A stretch of DNA of 64,000 nt from Nitrospinota bacterium. Lineage in GTDB: Bacteria; Nitrospinota; Nitrospinia; Nitrospinales; VA-1. Each line of letters starts with the position of its first letter. Within the stretch, counting starts at the first letter, position 1. The translations under genes and the position numbers were made by a program. The notes beneath the pieces were generated by a model, which saw only the letters and a list, made by a program, of their open reading frames with translations, was not told the DNA's origin and ran no database searches. The stretch is from positions 141,678 to 205,677 of the forward strand of contig WAHY01000003.1 in assembly GCA_009873635.1 (NCBI GenBank), read 5' to 3'. Shown here one piece after another: positions 1 through 9,593 of this stretch.

Positions 1-52
1 GTTTTTTGCGATTCGTCTTCTGGGAGTTCAGGGCGCGACCTGGTTTGCGATA

Positions 53-2089
53 TTGCTCAATGTTATGGTTTTTATGCTGTGCTATGGCAAGCCTCGTGCT
101 TTTTATGTGGAGGAAACTGGTTCTGATCAAACTCAAACTAAGAAAAGAAAGAAGAAAAAAGAAGTTGAAGAAGTCTCACCAGCCATAGGGCTTCTGGTTC
201 TTGTCATGTTTGCTTATTCCGGCATGGCTTCCCTTTCAAGTGAGATATTGTGGACACGAATTCTTGTTTTCCCGATGGGAAGCACCCTGTATTCTTTCGC
301 GCTTATCCTTGCCACATTTTTATTGGGAATAGCTTTGGGAAGCCTTGCGGCCAACAAGCTGGTGGGAAGTTCCTGCCGAGTTCTCAAATTTGTCGGTATT
401 GAGCTTGCCATCGGTATTTTTTGCATAGCCATACTTCCTGTGTTGGCAAACCTGACAGAATGGACTGCTATTGCTGATAAATATTTTTACAGCCTGGACA
501 GTTCTCCAGGGCGAATTATTTTGATCAGGTCTTTGTTTGCCTTTGCGCTCATGTTCCTCCCGACTTTTGGGTTCGGTCTGCTTTTTCCTTTAGCCAATCA
601 AATCTATTCATCCCGACTTCAAGGCGTCGGGAAGGTTCTTGGCAATACCTATTCAATCAATACAGTTGGAGCAGTAGCGGGAACGATCTTGACCCCATTT
701 GTTTTCATACCGCTATGGGGTATTCGCTTATCTTTGTATGGAATCTACGCAGTATTGATTTTGTTCGGGGTTTATATTCTGGCAAAAGACCGTGAGTTCA
801 AGCCAGCTACCATGTTGATGATGTTGGGGTCGGTATTGGTTGTTTTGATATTGGGTAAAGGATTCCTGGTGCCGGGTATTGACACCCAAAAAGCCGGTAA
901 GGGTAATTTTGCAAGGCTTGAAGTAAATGTTCCAAAAGACCGGATAAAGCTTCTGGATTATAAGGAAGGGGAATATTCCACTATCAGTGTTGTGGAAGAT
1001 AAGGAAAGCCGCGCACGTACTATTTATCTGGATGGGTTCAGCACCGCCACAGTTTCCAGTATGTTTTCGGGCAGCACTTATATGCAGGCAATGGGGTTTG
1101 TGCCGATGGTGCTGCATCCTTCTCCAAAACGTGTTTTAGTGATTGGGTTTGGAACCGGCAACACCCTGGGGACTGCATCTATGTTTCCGGAGGCTGAGGT
1201 TCACGGCGTTGAAATTGATAAAAATGTGCTCGAGTTTTCGAAGTGGTTTTTAAAATGGAATCACGATGTTTTAACCCGTCCCAATATTAAAATGTTTATT
1301 CAAGATGGAAGAAGTTTCTTGAAATGGACGGAGTTCACTTATGATGTGATTATTATGGAACCCATGTCACCTTTGCAGGCCGGGGTGGTTAATTTGTATT
1401 CCAGGGAATTTTATGAGTTGGCTTTGAGCCGCTTAAAAGAAGACGGCTTGCTTCTTCAATGGTTGCCTTTACATCTGGTAGGACCGGAAGATGCGAGATC
1501 AATCACCCATACATTCAATGGGGTTTTTCCTGAGTTTTCGGTGTGGAACAGCTTTCTCACTCGTATAGTTATGCTGGTGGGAAGCCGCAAGCCAGTGACC
1601 CTGGATAAAGAACATTTTGAGGATTTGATGAAAAATTTGGAAATCAATGAAATGGCCCGGGAAATGAAGGTGAATTCCTTCCTGGATTTCGCTGATTTTT
1701 ACATTACTGAGGGAAGGCAACTTTCGCCATATCTGAAAGGGGCTGGTGAAATCACGGATGATTCGCCTTTGCTTGAGTTTTCTACTGTTTCGCTCCTGCC
1801 CCCTTTGCAATGGGAAACAGATGAAAGCTTTTTAAACCTCCTCCGCCCCAGGTTGGAACAGGTTCCAAATGTGAGGGGTGTGTCTGCACGGGAACAGGAA
1901 GCTTTTAAAAGGAACTATACAATTCGAACTGCGCAAAGATTTGGCCTTTTCTCAAGACGTTATAAAGGTCCGGGGGAAAAATTTTTTGCATCGGGTAATT
2001 ATTTTGCCGGATTGGAAGCACTAGGAATTTATTTTGAATCACACGATTCTCCATCAATTCAATTGCGTGATGCTCAATGGAATGATTAA
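53..2089 (+). CDS. Membrane-anchored spermidine synthase-like (aminopropyltransferase-fold) protein; possibly 5'-truncated by the window edge
   Basis: 678-codon ORF. The N-terminal half is multi-pass hydrophobic (e.g. 'LILATFLLGIALGSLAA'). The C-terminal half has the class-I SAM-fold/spermidine synthase pattern 'VLVIGFGTGNT...GVEIDKNV...DVIIMEP'. The frame has no stop between nt 2 and 53, so the real start may lie upstream of the window. Confidence 0.75.
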   Translation: MLNVMVFMLCYGKPRAFYVEETGSDQTQTKKRKKKKEVEEVSPAIGLLVLVMFAYSGMASLSSEILWTRILVFPMGSTLYSFALILATFLLGIALGSLAANKLVGSSCRVLKFVGIELAIGIFCIAILPVLANLTEWTAIADKYFYSLDSSPGRIILIRSLFAFALMFLPTFGFGLLFPLANQIYSSRLQGVGKVLGNTYSINTVGAVAGTILTPFVFIPLWGIRLSLYGIYAVLILFGVYILAKDREFKPATMLMMLGSVLVVLILGKGFLVPGIDTQKAGKGNFARLEVNVPKDRIKLLDYKEGEYSTISVVEDKESRARTIYLDGFSTATVSSMFSGSTYMQAMGFVPMVLHPSPKRVLVIGFGTGNTLGTASMFPEAEVHGVEIDKNVLEFSKWFLKWNHDVLTRPNIKMFIQDGRSFLKWTEFTYDVIIMEPMSPLQAGVVNLYSREFYELALSRLKEDGLLLQWLPLHLVGPEDARSITHTFNGVFPEFSVWNSFLTRIVMLVGSRKPVTLDKEHFEDLMKNLEINEMAREMKVNSFLDFADFYITEGRQLSPYLKGAGEITDDSPLLEFSTVSLLPPLQWETDESFLNLLRPRLEQVPNVRGVSAREQEAFKRNYTIRTAQRFGLFSRRYKGPGEKFFASGNYFAGLEALGIYFESHDSPSIQLRDAQWND

Positions 2090-2097
2090 TATGAGTC

Positions 2098-4197
2098 ATG
2101 AATTTAAATCATTGTTTTAAACTTTTTTCAATTCTGATGGTATTGGCAATGACCTCAAATGAGGCCCGGTCTTTTGCTGATCCGAAAATCCACCACCAGT
2201 TGCAAATTGAACTGGAGCCTTCTACCCGTTTTGCAAATATCAAAGATACTATTCAGCTTAAAGACTCCGCAACATTATGCAATGTTCCCTTTTACCTTCA
2301 TTCAGACTTGAAACTGGATCGGGTTCCGGAAGGGTGGAAGGTGCATACATCATCCGGATTTCTCAAGTTGGAGTTTGTCGAGAAGCATTCCACAAATTGT
2401 CCTGATTCATTAACGCTGAACTATTCTGGAGTCCTTCATGACACTTCCCTTGAAGCTGATAAACCAATAGCGTCCGATGGATTATTTTTTTCTGGTGAGA
2501 GTTATTTTTATCCTCAAACAGAAGGGGACTTTCCCCGAATAACGTTTGAGATGAAGGTTTCGCTGCCCGAACCCTGGCATGCGGTGAGCCAGGGGAAAAG
2601 GCTAGGTGAACAGTTGTCTGGGACTAGGAGGATTGTTTCCTGGGAATCCAGCTTTCCTTCAGAAGAGATCTATTTAATCGGTAACAAGTTCCACATTCAT
2701 GAAACAATACATAACGGGCTTCCTTTATATGCATATTTGCTTCAGGACGATGAAAGGCTGGCTGATCGTTACCTGCAAACTGCGAAGTCTTATACAGACT
2801 TTTATTCCCGGTTGATCGGTTCTTATCCTTATGAAAAGTTTGCATTGATAGAAAACTCCCGGCAGACCGGTTATGGAATGCCCTCTTTTACGTTCATGGG
2901 ATCAAGGATTATACGCTTCCCGTTTATTCTGCACAGTTCTTATCCTCACGAAATTCTGCATAACTGGTGGGGCAACGGTGTTTTCCCGGATCTTGGGCAT
3001 GGCAACTGGTCAGAAGGGCTGACCGCTTATCTTGCCGACCATCTTTTGTTGGAACTGAAAGGAAAAGGGGCCGCATACAGGTTTCAGGAAATGATGAAAT
3101 ATTCAAACTATGTCAACGATGAAAACGATTTCCCTTTGAATGAATTTGGTTATCGCGACAGCATGGCCTCTCAGGCAATTGGTTATGCCAAGTTGCTGAT
3201 GGTTTTTCATATGCTTCGTAAAGAAACGGGCGATAGCAATTTTTTAAATGGCCTGAAAAAGTTTTATGAGACTTTCAAGTACCGATATGCCGGTTATGAC
3301 GATATGCGAAAAACTTTTGAGGCGGAGTCAGGGCGGAGCTTAAAGGATTTTTTTCAGCAGTGGGTACACCGTAAAGGTGCTCCGGAAATTAGATTGAAGC
3401 ACGCATCTTATGTGTCCTCCGGGGACCGATACGACCTTAAATTGACGGTTGAGCAGGAGGCCCCTGTATTTAAGGTGAAAATTCCCGTTGCTATTTGGTC
3501 CAAAGGTTCCTCGTTGGGAGAGATTCACACTATAGAAATCGATTCACGCGAGAAAGCATTTGATTTTCAATTACCTTCTGAACCTGTAGCGATCCGACTT
3601 GATCCATTTAGCGATGTATTCCGCCGATTGGGGGCTAAAGAAGCTCCATCCAGCTTGAGCCAGACTTATGGCGCAAAACAAATAACGGCTTTCATACCAG
3701 AAGAAGATTTCAATGATTACCAGAAATTTGCCAGTTCGGTGGCCAAACGGATTTTCAGGAACAATGGAAATGATTCTAATCCCGAAGGCAGCTTATGGAT
3801 TTTTGGGAAAAATCATCCATTGAGCAAAATTTTTAAAGTACGACTCAAAAAAGTGGGAATTGAAATGGATGAGAAGGGTGTACAGTTGATTGAACGTTAT
3901 TATCCATGGAAGGATCACAGCTTTGTGTTCACGCTTGCCAGGACAGACCAACAACAAGGAACCATGACCTGGGTTATTGCCGGCAACAAAGAAAGTGTAC
4001 CCGGATTAATACGCAAACTGCCTCATTACGGCAAATACGGCTATCTGGTTTTTGAAGGTCCTGAGCCAGAGATTCAAGAAAGAGGGGTCTGGGCTACCAA
4101 TCCCGTTGGACTGGAAGAAATTTTCAAGGAAGGACAACCGCTGCTTTTACCGGACCAAAAACCTCTGGTTTCTTTCAAGCCTGTTTTTCAAGATTAA
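2098..4197 (+). CDS. M1-family zinc metallopeptidase (secreted/periplasmic)
   Basis: 699-codon ORF starting 9 nt after the previous stop. Signal-peptide-like N-terminus 'MNLNHCFKLFSILMVLAMTS'. Gluzincin signature 'HEILHNWWGNGV' with the downstream Glu in 'WSEGLTAY'. Confidence 0.85.
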   Translation: MNLNHCFKLFSILMVLAMTSNEARSFADPKIHHQLQIELEPSTRFANIKDTIQLKDSATLCNVPFYLHSDLKLDRVPEGWKVHTSSGFLKLEFVEKHSTNCPDSLTLNYSGVLHDTSLEADKPIASDGLFFSGESYFYPQTEGDFPRITFEMKVSLPEPWHAVSQGKRLGEQLSGTRRIVSWESSFPSEEIYLIGNKFHIHETIHNGLPLYAYLLQDDERLADRYLQTAKSYTDFYSRLIGSYPYEKFALIENSRQTGYGMPSFTFMGSRIIRFPFILHSSYPHEILHNWWGNGVFPDLGHGNWSEGLTAYLADHLLLELKGKGAAYRFQEMMKYSNYVNDENDFPLNEFGYRDSMASQAIGYAKLLMVFHMLRKETGDSNFLNGLKKFYETFKYRYAGYDDMRKTFEAESGRSLKDFFQQWVHRKGAPEIRLKHASYVSSGDRYDLKLTVEQEAPVFKVKIPVAIWSKGSSLGEIHTIEIDSREKAFDFQLPSEPVAIRLDPFSDVFRRLGAKEAPSSLSQTYGAKQITAFIPEEDFNDYQKFASSVAKRIFRNNGNDSNPEGSLWIFGKNHPLSKIFKVRLKKVGIEMDEKGVQLIERYYPWKDHSFVFTLARTDQQQGTMTWVIAGNKESVPGLIRKLPHYGKYGYLVFEGPEPEIQERGVWATNPVGLEEIFKEGQPLLLPDQKPLVSFKPVFQD

Positions 4198-4235
4198 CTC
4201 CCGCAGTTGCATTTCACTTCAGGTGTTGGAATTTT

Positions 4236-5933
4236 TTAACGAAGGCGGTTTAAGGCGGCCATGACATCCTGCAGTCTGGGAAGGGCCAGCAGGCCATTAT
4301 TGTAGGGTGCAACCGATTCCAGTTCGCCACTTTCAATCTTATCCAGTATGTTCTTTATTCCTTCCCGGTTTGGCTCTCCGGGTTCTTTTTTTTGTCTCTC
4401 TTTAAGCTGTTTCAGAATCCACCCGCATAATTCCAATTGCCCCGGTTCTACAAGATGCTCAACATAACGCACATCAATCCCGGTACGCCCAAGGATAAGA
4501 GAGATCATCGCTTGTGTTTGAATCACGCAGTCTTTTTTGCCTCGACTGAAGTTCAATCCTGATAAGTTTCTGTTTCGTAACTGAATTTTTGGAAGAGGGC
4601 TGCTGGTTTCTATTTTACGGCTACCGGGATTTTCTTGAACAATCTGTTTAGCTTTTTCTGTCACCAATCGAGGCTTAAAGGAATCCATGGCAATGATGTT
4701 GTCTGCCATATCAAAGTAATCCCCACTTCCTCCCATAACCAGAATGGTGCTTACCCCAAAATCCTTATAGAGCTCTTCAATCCGGTCGACAAGTGGGGTG
4801 ATAGGTTCCTGGCCGGATGAGATCAATGCCTGCATACGGGCATCGCGGATCATGAAATTAGTCGCGCAGGTATCTTCATCCATAAGCAGAAGTGAGGAGC
4901 CCGACTCAACCGCTTCTATAATATTTACTGCCTGTGAGGTGGAGCCACTGGCTGAAACCGTCGAAAAGTTTTCGGTCGATGGAATGAGCGGTAGGTTGTC
5001 CATGAATCCGGAAACGTTAATGGGTTGTACACAGCGTCCGTCTTCTGCCCTGATTTTCACCGCGGTTGGCTGTGTGGCGATTCGCTCTCTCCCATCTCCA
5101 GTTGCATGCGGGTATACGGCATCCTGCAGGGCTTTCAGTAGAGTGCTCTTCCCGTGGAATCCTCCACCCACAATCAGAGTAATACCCAATGGAACAGGCA
5201 TACCGCGGACAGTTCCGGCGTGAGGCAGATGAACTTCGGCGCTGAGTTCATCGGGTGCGGAAAATAACACTCCGCCACTTTCAAGCGGCAGATCGCTGAC
5301 CCCCGAAGAGCGCGGTAGAAGCGAACCGTCAGCTACAAAGCTGGCCCATTGATTCTCGGTCAATAGCTGGTTCAGCCTGGAATAGTCTTCCAATGTTTCG
5401 ATAGCCTGTTGAACTTTTTTCATGTCGAGAGATTTTGCCAGCAGGCTTTCCTCCCAGACAGGGGGGAGGATCTCGGAGAAAAGTTTTACACAGTCCCTGG
5501 CCATTACACTTCGCCCATCTCCCGGTAAGCCGGCGAACAGGGTCAGTATTACTTGATCCTTTTTTATTTGCAGTCCGCTTCGGCGGATTACTTTTTGACC
5601 TGGTGATTGCACGGCTATTTCGCCGCTTCTTCCTGAGCCTTTTATTTTACCTCGGCACTTTAGAGTTTGGAGGCTCACTATTCGTAATAAATGGTCTTCC
5701 AGGGCTAGTTTTCTTACAGGATTTTCATAATGGGATTTTGCAAAGCCGGCTTTTTCTAATTCGATCTTTATAGACAAGCGGGAGGGTGCCGCATAAGGGT
5801 CGCCTTGAACATGTTCAAAAGTTAACTCAAACAGGTCAAAGATGAACTTTTTGCCTTGCAATGCTTTATAGGCTTTATATCCTTTACCATCCAAGGATGT
5901 AATTTGATTGATGATTTCCTTTGGGGCGGACAT
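4236..5933 (-). CDS. ABC_ATPase-class predicted NTPase (COG3044/PF09818-like)
   Basis: 565-codon ORF. Walker A in 'GITLIVGGGFHGKSTLLKALQ'. Family-typical 'GDGRE', 'ASGSTSQAVNIIEA', 'LLMDEDTCATNFMIRD' and 'GGSGDYFDMAD' blocks. Its start lies 5 nt after the stop of the upstream radical-SAM-like ORF. Confidence 0.85.
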   Translation of the reverse strand: MSAPKEIINQITSLDGKGYKAYKALQGKKFIFDLFELTFEHVQGDPYAAPSRLSIKIELEKAGFAKSHYENPVRKLALEDHLLRIVSLQTLKCRGKIKGSGRSGEIAVQSPGQKVIRRSGLQIKKDQVILTLFAGLPGDGRSVMARDCVKLFSEILPPVWEESLLAKSLDMKKVQQAIETLEDYSRLNQLLTENQWASFVADGSLLPRSSGVSDLPLESGGVLFSAPDELSAEVHLPHAGTVRGMPVPLGITLIVGGGFHGKSTLLKALQDAVYPHATGDGRERIATQPTAVKIRAEDGRCVQPINVSGFMDNLPLIPSTENFSTVSASGSTSQAVNIIEAVESGSSLLLMDEDTCATNFMIRDARMQALISSGQEPITPLVDRIEELYKDFGVSTILVMGGSGDYFDMADNIIAMDSFKPRLVTEKAKQIVQENPGSRKIETSSPLPKIQLRNRNLSGLNFSRGKKDCVIQTQAMISLILGRTGIDVRYVEHLVEPGQLELCGWILKQLKERQKKEPGEPNREGIKNILDKIESGELESVAPYNNGLLALPRLQDVMAALNRLR

Positions 5934-5938
5934 TGTTA

Positions 5939-6793
5939 TTAATGGGAAAAATGCCCTGCAAAACCCTGGGCGGAAATTCCTACAGGAAGATAAGAGCGGG
6001 CAATGTCTGCGATTTGGTTTCGATATGAAAGTTTAACCGAATCTTCTTCTACCTGGCTCATTGCCGAAGGAAGGCGGGTTCTAAAGGTTCGGGAACCACC
6101 TTCAGTCCCATCACCTTCTATAAAGTGGTCAATGATTACCGCAGAGGCCCCTGATTTTTTTAAACGTTCAAAAAAAAGCTTTGGGTTCTTCAGTGGATAT
6201 AATGGGGAAAGACAAGCAACCGTGTTGAGTCCATAGCCTGACAGTTTTTCCAGGGCGGAAATCCGTTGCTCAATACTGCAGGGTGGAGGTGGCAGTCCTG
6301 GCAGGCGGTTGCGGTCTCCTTCGATTGAAATATGGATCCTGACTGAGCATAATTGTGACAGTTTTTGAATCACTTTAATATCATCCAGAATGCTGGAACT
6401 GTGGGTTTGCAGGATCAATGTGTCAGGCGGACAACTTGTCATGGCATCTAGTAGTGAACGGGTGACTCTATATTTTTTCTCAGCAGGTTGCCACGGGTCG
6501 GTGGAGCTTGACATGAAAATTGTAAATGGGGTTGAACGTTTGCGAGCCCATTTTTTTTCTTTTTCCACTGACTGGATATACAATTTGCTTGCATTAATTT
6601 TGACATCTACAAACTTCCCCCATTCACGTCCTTGTGTTAACCAATGATTAAAACGAACGTAGCAACCTTCACCGCAGGATGAAAGCCCAAAACCGCAACC
6701 GCGGTAGGGATTCAATGAGTGTGTGCACACTCCACTTAGATAACCGCTGGAGCGGGTCAGTAATGATTTGCTGGTTGTCAAGTTAATCTGCAT
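5939..6793 (-). CDS. Radical SAM / SPL (DNA-photolyase-like, COG1533-like) family protein with an atypical cysteine motif
   Basis: 284-codon ORF. The N-terminal 'SLNPYRGCGFGLSSCGEGCYVRF' resembles the 'NPYxGCxxxCxYC' start of SPL/Rv2578c-type radical SAM proteins, but the cysteines are spaced C-x7-C-x3-C. The rest has a TIM-barrel-like alternating pattern. Confidence 0.55.
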   Translation of the reverse strand: MQINLTTSKSLLTRSSGYLSGVCTHSLNPYRGCGFGLSSCGEGCYVRFNHWLTQGREWGKFVDVKINASKLYIQSVEKEKKWARKRSTPFTIFMSSSTDPWQPAEKKYRVTRSLLDAMTSCPPDTLILQTHSSSILDDIKVIQKLSQLCSVRIHISIEGDRNRLPGLPPPPCSIEQRISALEKLSGYGLNTVACLSPLYPLKNPKLFFERLKKSGASAVIIDHFIEGDGTEGGSRTFRTRLPSAMSQVEEDSVKLSYRNQIADIARSYLPVGISAQGFAGHFSH

Positions 6794-6824
6794 ATCACTG
6801 ACTGAAAGGTAGGGTTTGTGCGAC

Positions 6825-7306
6825 TCAGGGAATTTCGCCCCATTTTACAGAACCCAAATGCATTTTGAAGTTTGGTGCGGACCTATAAAACACCTCATAA
6901 CCACCTGTGCTTCTGTTGGCGCCAGCGACCACCCATTTACGGTCGGGAAAATCTTCCAAATCCCATATCCAGACTTGCCTGTCATCTGTTTTAGTCAGTG
7001 TCAGCGAGCCAAGGTCATCTTCGAAAAAAACTGGCCGTACAAAGTGACTGTCGTGCCGGGTGGGCCGTCAAGGGTCAGGGTGTACTCACCCTCGCAAAAA
7101 TAATTATTCATTAATCTAAGGTCTGCGGCGTCCTTTCCTTTCTTTATGATAAAAATATCTTCGCAGGTGCGGCCTTTTTTAAGAAGTGTCCATTTATCTG
7201 AAGCTTCCTTAAAGATCACCAGCTCAGCTTTGGTTTCTTCAGCCCAATTGACAGACGGAAAACCAAAGGCTATTATTGTAAGAACCCATATGGTTTTTAT
7301 ATTCAT
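6825..7306 (-). pseudogene. Secreted hypothetical protein interrupted by a -1 frameshift at an A7 (T7 on the coding strand) run
   Basis: The ORF 7001..7306 (signal peptide 'MNIKTIWVLTIIAFGFPSVNWA') stops 7 codons after the homopolymer at 7024..7030. The -1 frame continues open for about 65 more codons ('EDDLGSLTLTKTDDRQVWIWDLEDFPDRKWVVAGANRSTGGYEVFYRSAPNFKMHLGSVKWGEIP') to a TGA at 6825..6827, 31 nt upstream of the next gene's start. Confidence 0.5.
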
Positions 7307-7578
7307 TGCTGGATCTCTTAAAGCTTATTTATATTGGAAACTTTCAACATTGCCATACCTTCAATTTAATCGCGTATTATGGTAGAAGCTGAAGGATGCC
7401 CGCACCTTGGTGTTTTTCCCGGCTTTACAGAACCCCGCTTTTTCATTAACCATTTTATCATTTTTTAGCTTAGTTAAGGTATTTTCCCTGACCGTATCAC
7501 CCTTATTATTTAAGCAATATATCAGGTTTTTTCCAGCGTCTTGAACACTCTAAAACTTTTGACAATATACCTTTTACA

Positions 7579-8850
7579 ATGCAGATAGCTCAGCCTATGA
7601 ATCAGGAGAAAGAAAACAAGGAATGGACCAGCAAGTTGCAGGAGACCAATGAACGGTTAAATGCCGAAATAGAACATTCCAAACTGATAAAGGCTATTGC
7701 GGTGGCATCCAATGAAACCCGGGCGATTGATGAAACCTTGCGTTTCTGTATTCGCCAAATCTGTGAATTTGCTGGATGGCCGTTGGGACATTTATATTTG
7801 ACTGCTGATAACCCCTCTGAAGGACTTGTTCCTTCCTCATTTTGGCATGTTGAGGAGCCAGGTAAGTTTGATACCTTCCAAAGGATCACTCAGGAAACCC
7901 CTTTGGAAACTGGAATTGGTTTGCCGGGTCGTGTGTTGGCAAGTGGAGAGCCAGCTTGGATCATTGATGTGACAAAAGATGCTAACTTCCCTCGTGCAAA
8001 CCTGGCACAGGATATTGGAGTTAAGGCAGGTTTTGCGTTCCCTATTTTAATAGGCAAAAGAGTGGTTGGAGTGATGGAGTTTTTTTCTCCCAAAGCTGTA
8101 GAACCCGATACACAAATGCTAGATATCATGGCACAGGTTGGAACTCAGCTTGGCAGGGTTCTTGAAAGAAAGCAGGCTCAGGATGAAAGTGAACGCACTA
8201 AGGACCAGTTGCGCAAACTTTACCATCGTCTGGAGCAGGTACGTGAAGAAGAGAGGACCCGCACAGCCAGGGAAGTCCATGACCATTTAGGACAGGTGCT
8301 GACAACTATAAAACTGGAAATCTCTCTGCTTGGTAAAAAACTGACTTATTACAATCCGAGTATAAAGAAATCAACCGAACAGCTTCTTGAAATGAGTGAT
8401 GAGGCTATTCAAACAGTTAAGAAAATTTCAATGGATTTACGACCACCTATTCTTGACGACCTGGGAATTGCCGAGGCGATAGTTTGGCAGGCCAAAGATT
8501 TTTCCAAAAGAACGGGAATCGAGTGCGTGTTTGTGAATGAGTTGAATGAGTTCGAGCCGGACCTTGAGAGATCGACAACCCTGTTCAGGGTTTTTCAAGA
8601 AACTTTGACGAATATCGTGAGGCATGCAAGAGCGACTAAGGTTTATGTTAAACTAAGTCATAGTAATGAAATGCTTTCCCTTGAAGTTGAAGATAATGGT
8701 TGTGGAATTCCTTCAGATAAAGTTTCGAGCCTGAGGTCTTTGGGCCTACAAGGTATGCGTGAGCGGGCAATGGTTTGGGGTGGTAATGTGTTCATCAGTA
8801 GTTTCCCGAACAATGGGACAACTGTAAATATTAAAATTAAAAAAGGATGA
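7579..8850 (+). CDS. Cytoplasmic GAF-domain sensor histidine kinase (HisKA_3/NarX-type)
   Basis: 423-codon ORF with no hydrophobic segments. GAF-like block 'GIGLPGRVLASGEPAWIIDV...GVKAGFAFPILIGKRVVGVMEFFS'. HisKA_3 H-box 'REVHDHLGQVLTTIKLE'. HATPase blocks 'ETLTNIVRHA' and 'VEDNGCGIP...GLQGMRERA'. Confidence 0.9.
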   Translation: MQIAQPMNQEKENKEWTSKLQETNERLNAEIEHSKLIKAIAVASNETRAIDETLRFCIRQICEFAGWPLGHLYLTADNPSEGLVPSSFWHVEEPGKFDTFQRITQETPLETGIGLPGRVLASGEPAWIIDVTKDANFPRANLAQDIGVKAGFAFPILIGKRVVGVMEFFSPKAVEPDTQMLDIMAQVGTQLGRVLERKQAQDESERTKDQLRKLYHRLEQVREEERTRTAREVHDHLGQVLTTIKLEISLLGKKLTYYNPSIKKSTEQLLEMSDEAIQTVKKISMDLRPPILDDLGIAEAIVWQAKDFSKRTGIECVFVNELNEFEPDLERSTTLFRVFQETLTNIVRHARATKVYVKLSHSNEMLSLEVEDNGCGIPSDKVSSLRSLGLQGMRERAMVWGGNVFISSFPNNGTTVNIKIKKG

Positions 8851-9506
8851 TCATGGCAACGAAGAAGGGAAATGGAAAAATAAAAGTAATTATTGCAGAC
8901 GACCACCCATTATTTCGTAGGGGTTTGAAGCACGCTTTTTCTGAAACACCTGATATCGAGGTTGTGGATGAGGCGGAAACCGGTGAAGAATTATTGGATA
9001 AAATTCGAGGTATGGATTTGGGCCTGGCTCTCCTTGATATTTCCCTGCCAGGAAAAGGAGGTCTGGAAATACTCAAGCAGCTTCGAGAGGATCGTCCCAA
9101 GTTGCCTGTATTGATACTAACCGTATATCCGGAAGAACATTATGCTGTTCGATTTTTCAAGGCCGGGGCTTCAGGTTTTATTACTAAAGAAAGTAGTACA
9201 GACCAAATCTATGCGGCAGTGCGAAAAGTTGCGGACGGCGGCAAATATGCCAGTCCCGAAATCACCGAAAAGCTGGCCTTTGATTTTACAAAGTCGGATA
9301 GACCCGCACATGAAAGACTCTCAGACCGGGAGCATCAAGTATTCATGATGCTGGCTGAGGGAAGCTCGCCCACCGAAATAGGCAAAGAGTTATCACTTAG
9401 CGTCAAAACCATCAGTACGCATCGTTCCAGGATCCTGGAAAAAATGCAAATGAAGAAAAATGCTGAGCTGATTCATTACGCAATTTCCCAAAAGCTTATT
9501 CAATAA
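8847..9506 (+). CDS. NarL/LuxR-family response regulator
   Basis: 219-codon ORF overlapping the kinase stop by 4 nt (ATGA). Receiver 'KVIIADDHPLFRRGL...LLDISLPGKGG'. C-terminal LuxR HTH 'LSDREHQVFMMLAEGSSPTEIGKELSLSVKTISTHRSRILEKM'. Confidence 0.9.
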   Translation: MIMATKKGNGKIKVIIADDHPLFRRGLKHAFSETPDIEVVDEAETGEELLDKIRGMDLGLALLDISLPGKGGLEILKQLREDRPKLPVLILTVYPEEHYAVRFFKAGASGFITKESSTDQIYAAVRKVADGGKYASPEITEKLAFDFTKSDRPAHERLSDREHQVFMMLAEGSSPTEIGKELSLSVKTISTHRSRILEKMQMKKNAELIHYAISQKLIQ

Positions 9507-9593
9507 TAGTTTGCAGCCTACCCACCCAAACAATGGCCCTTAAGAATTATAGGACAAACACTTATTAATTGATAGGTTAAGTTCATGAATATT

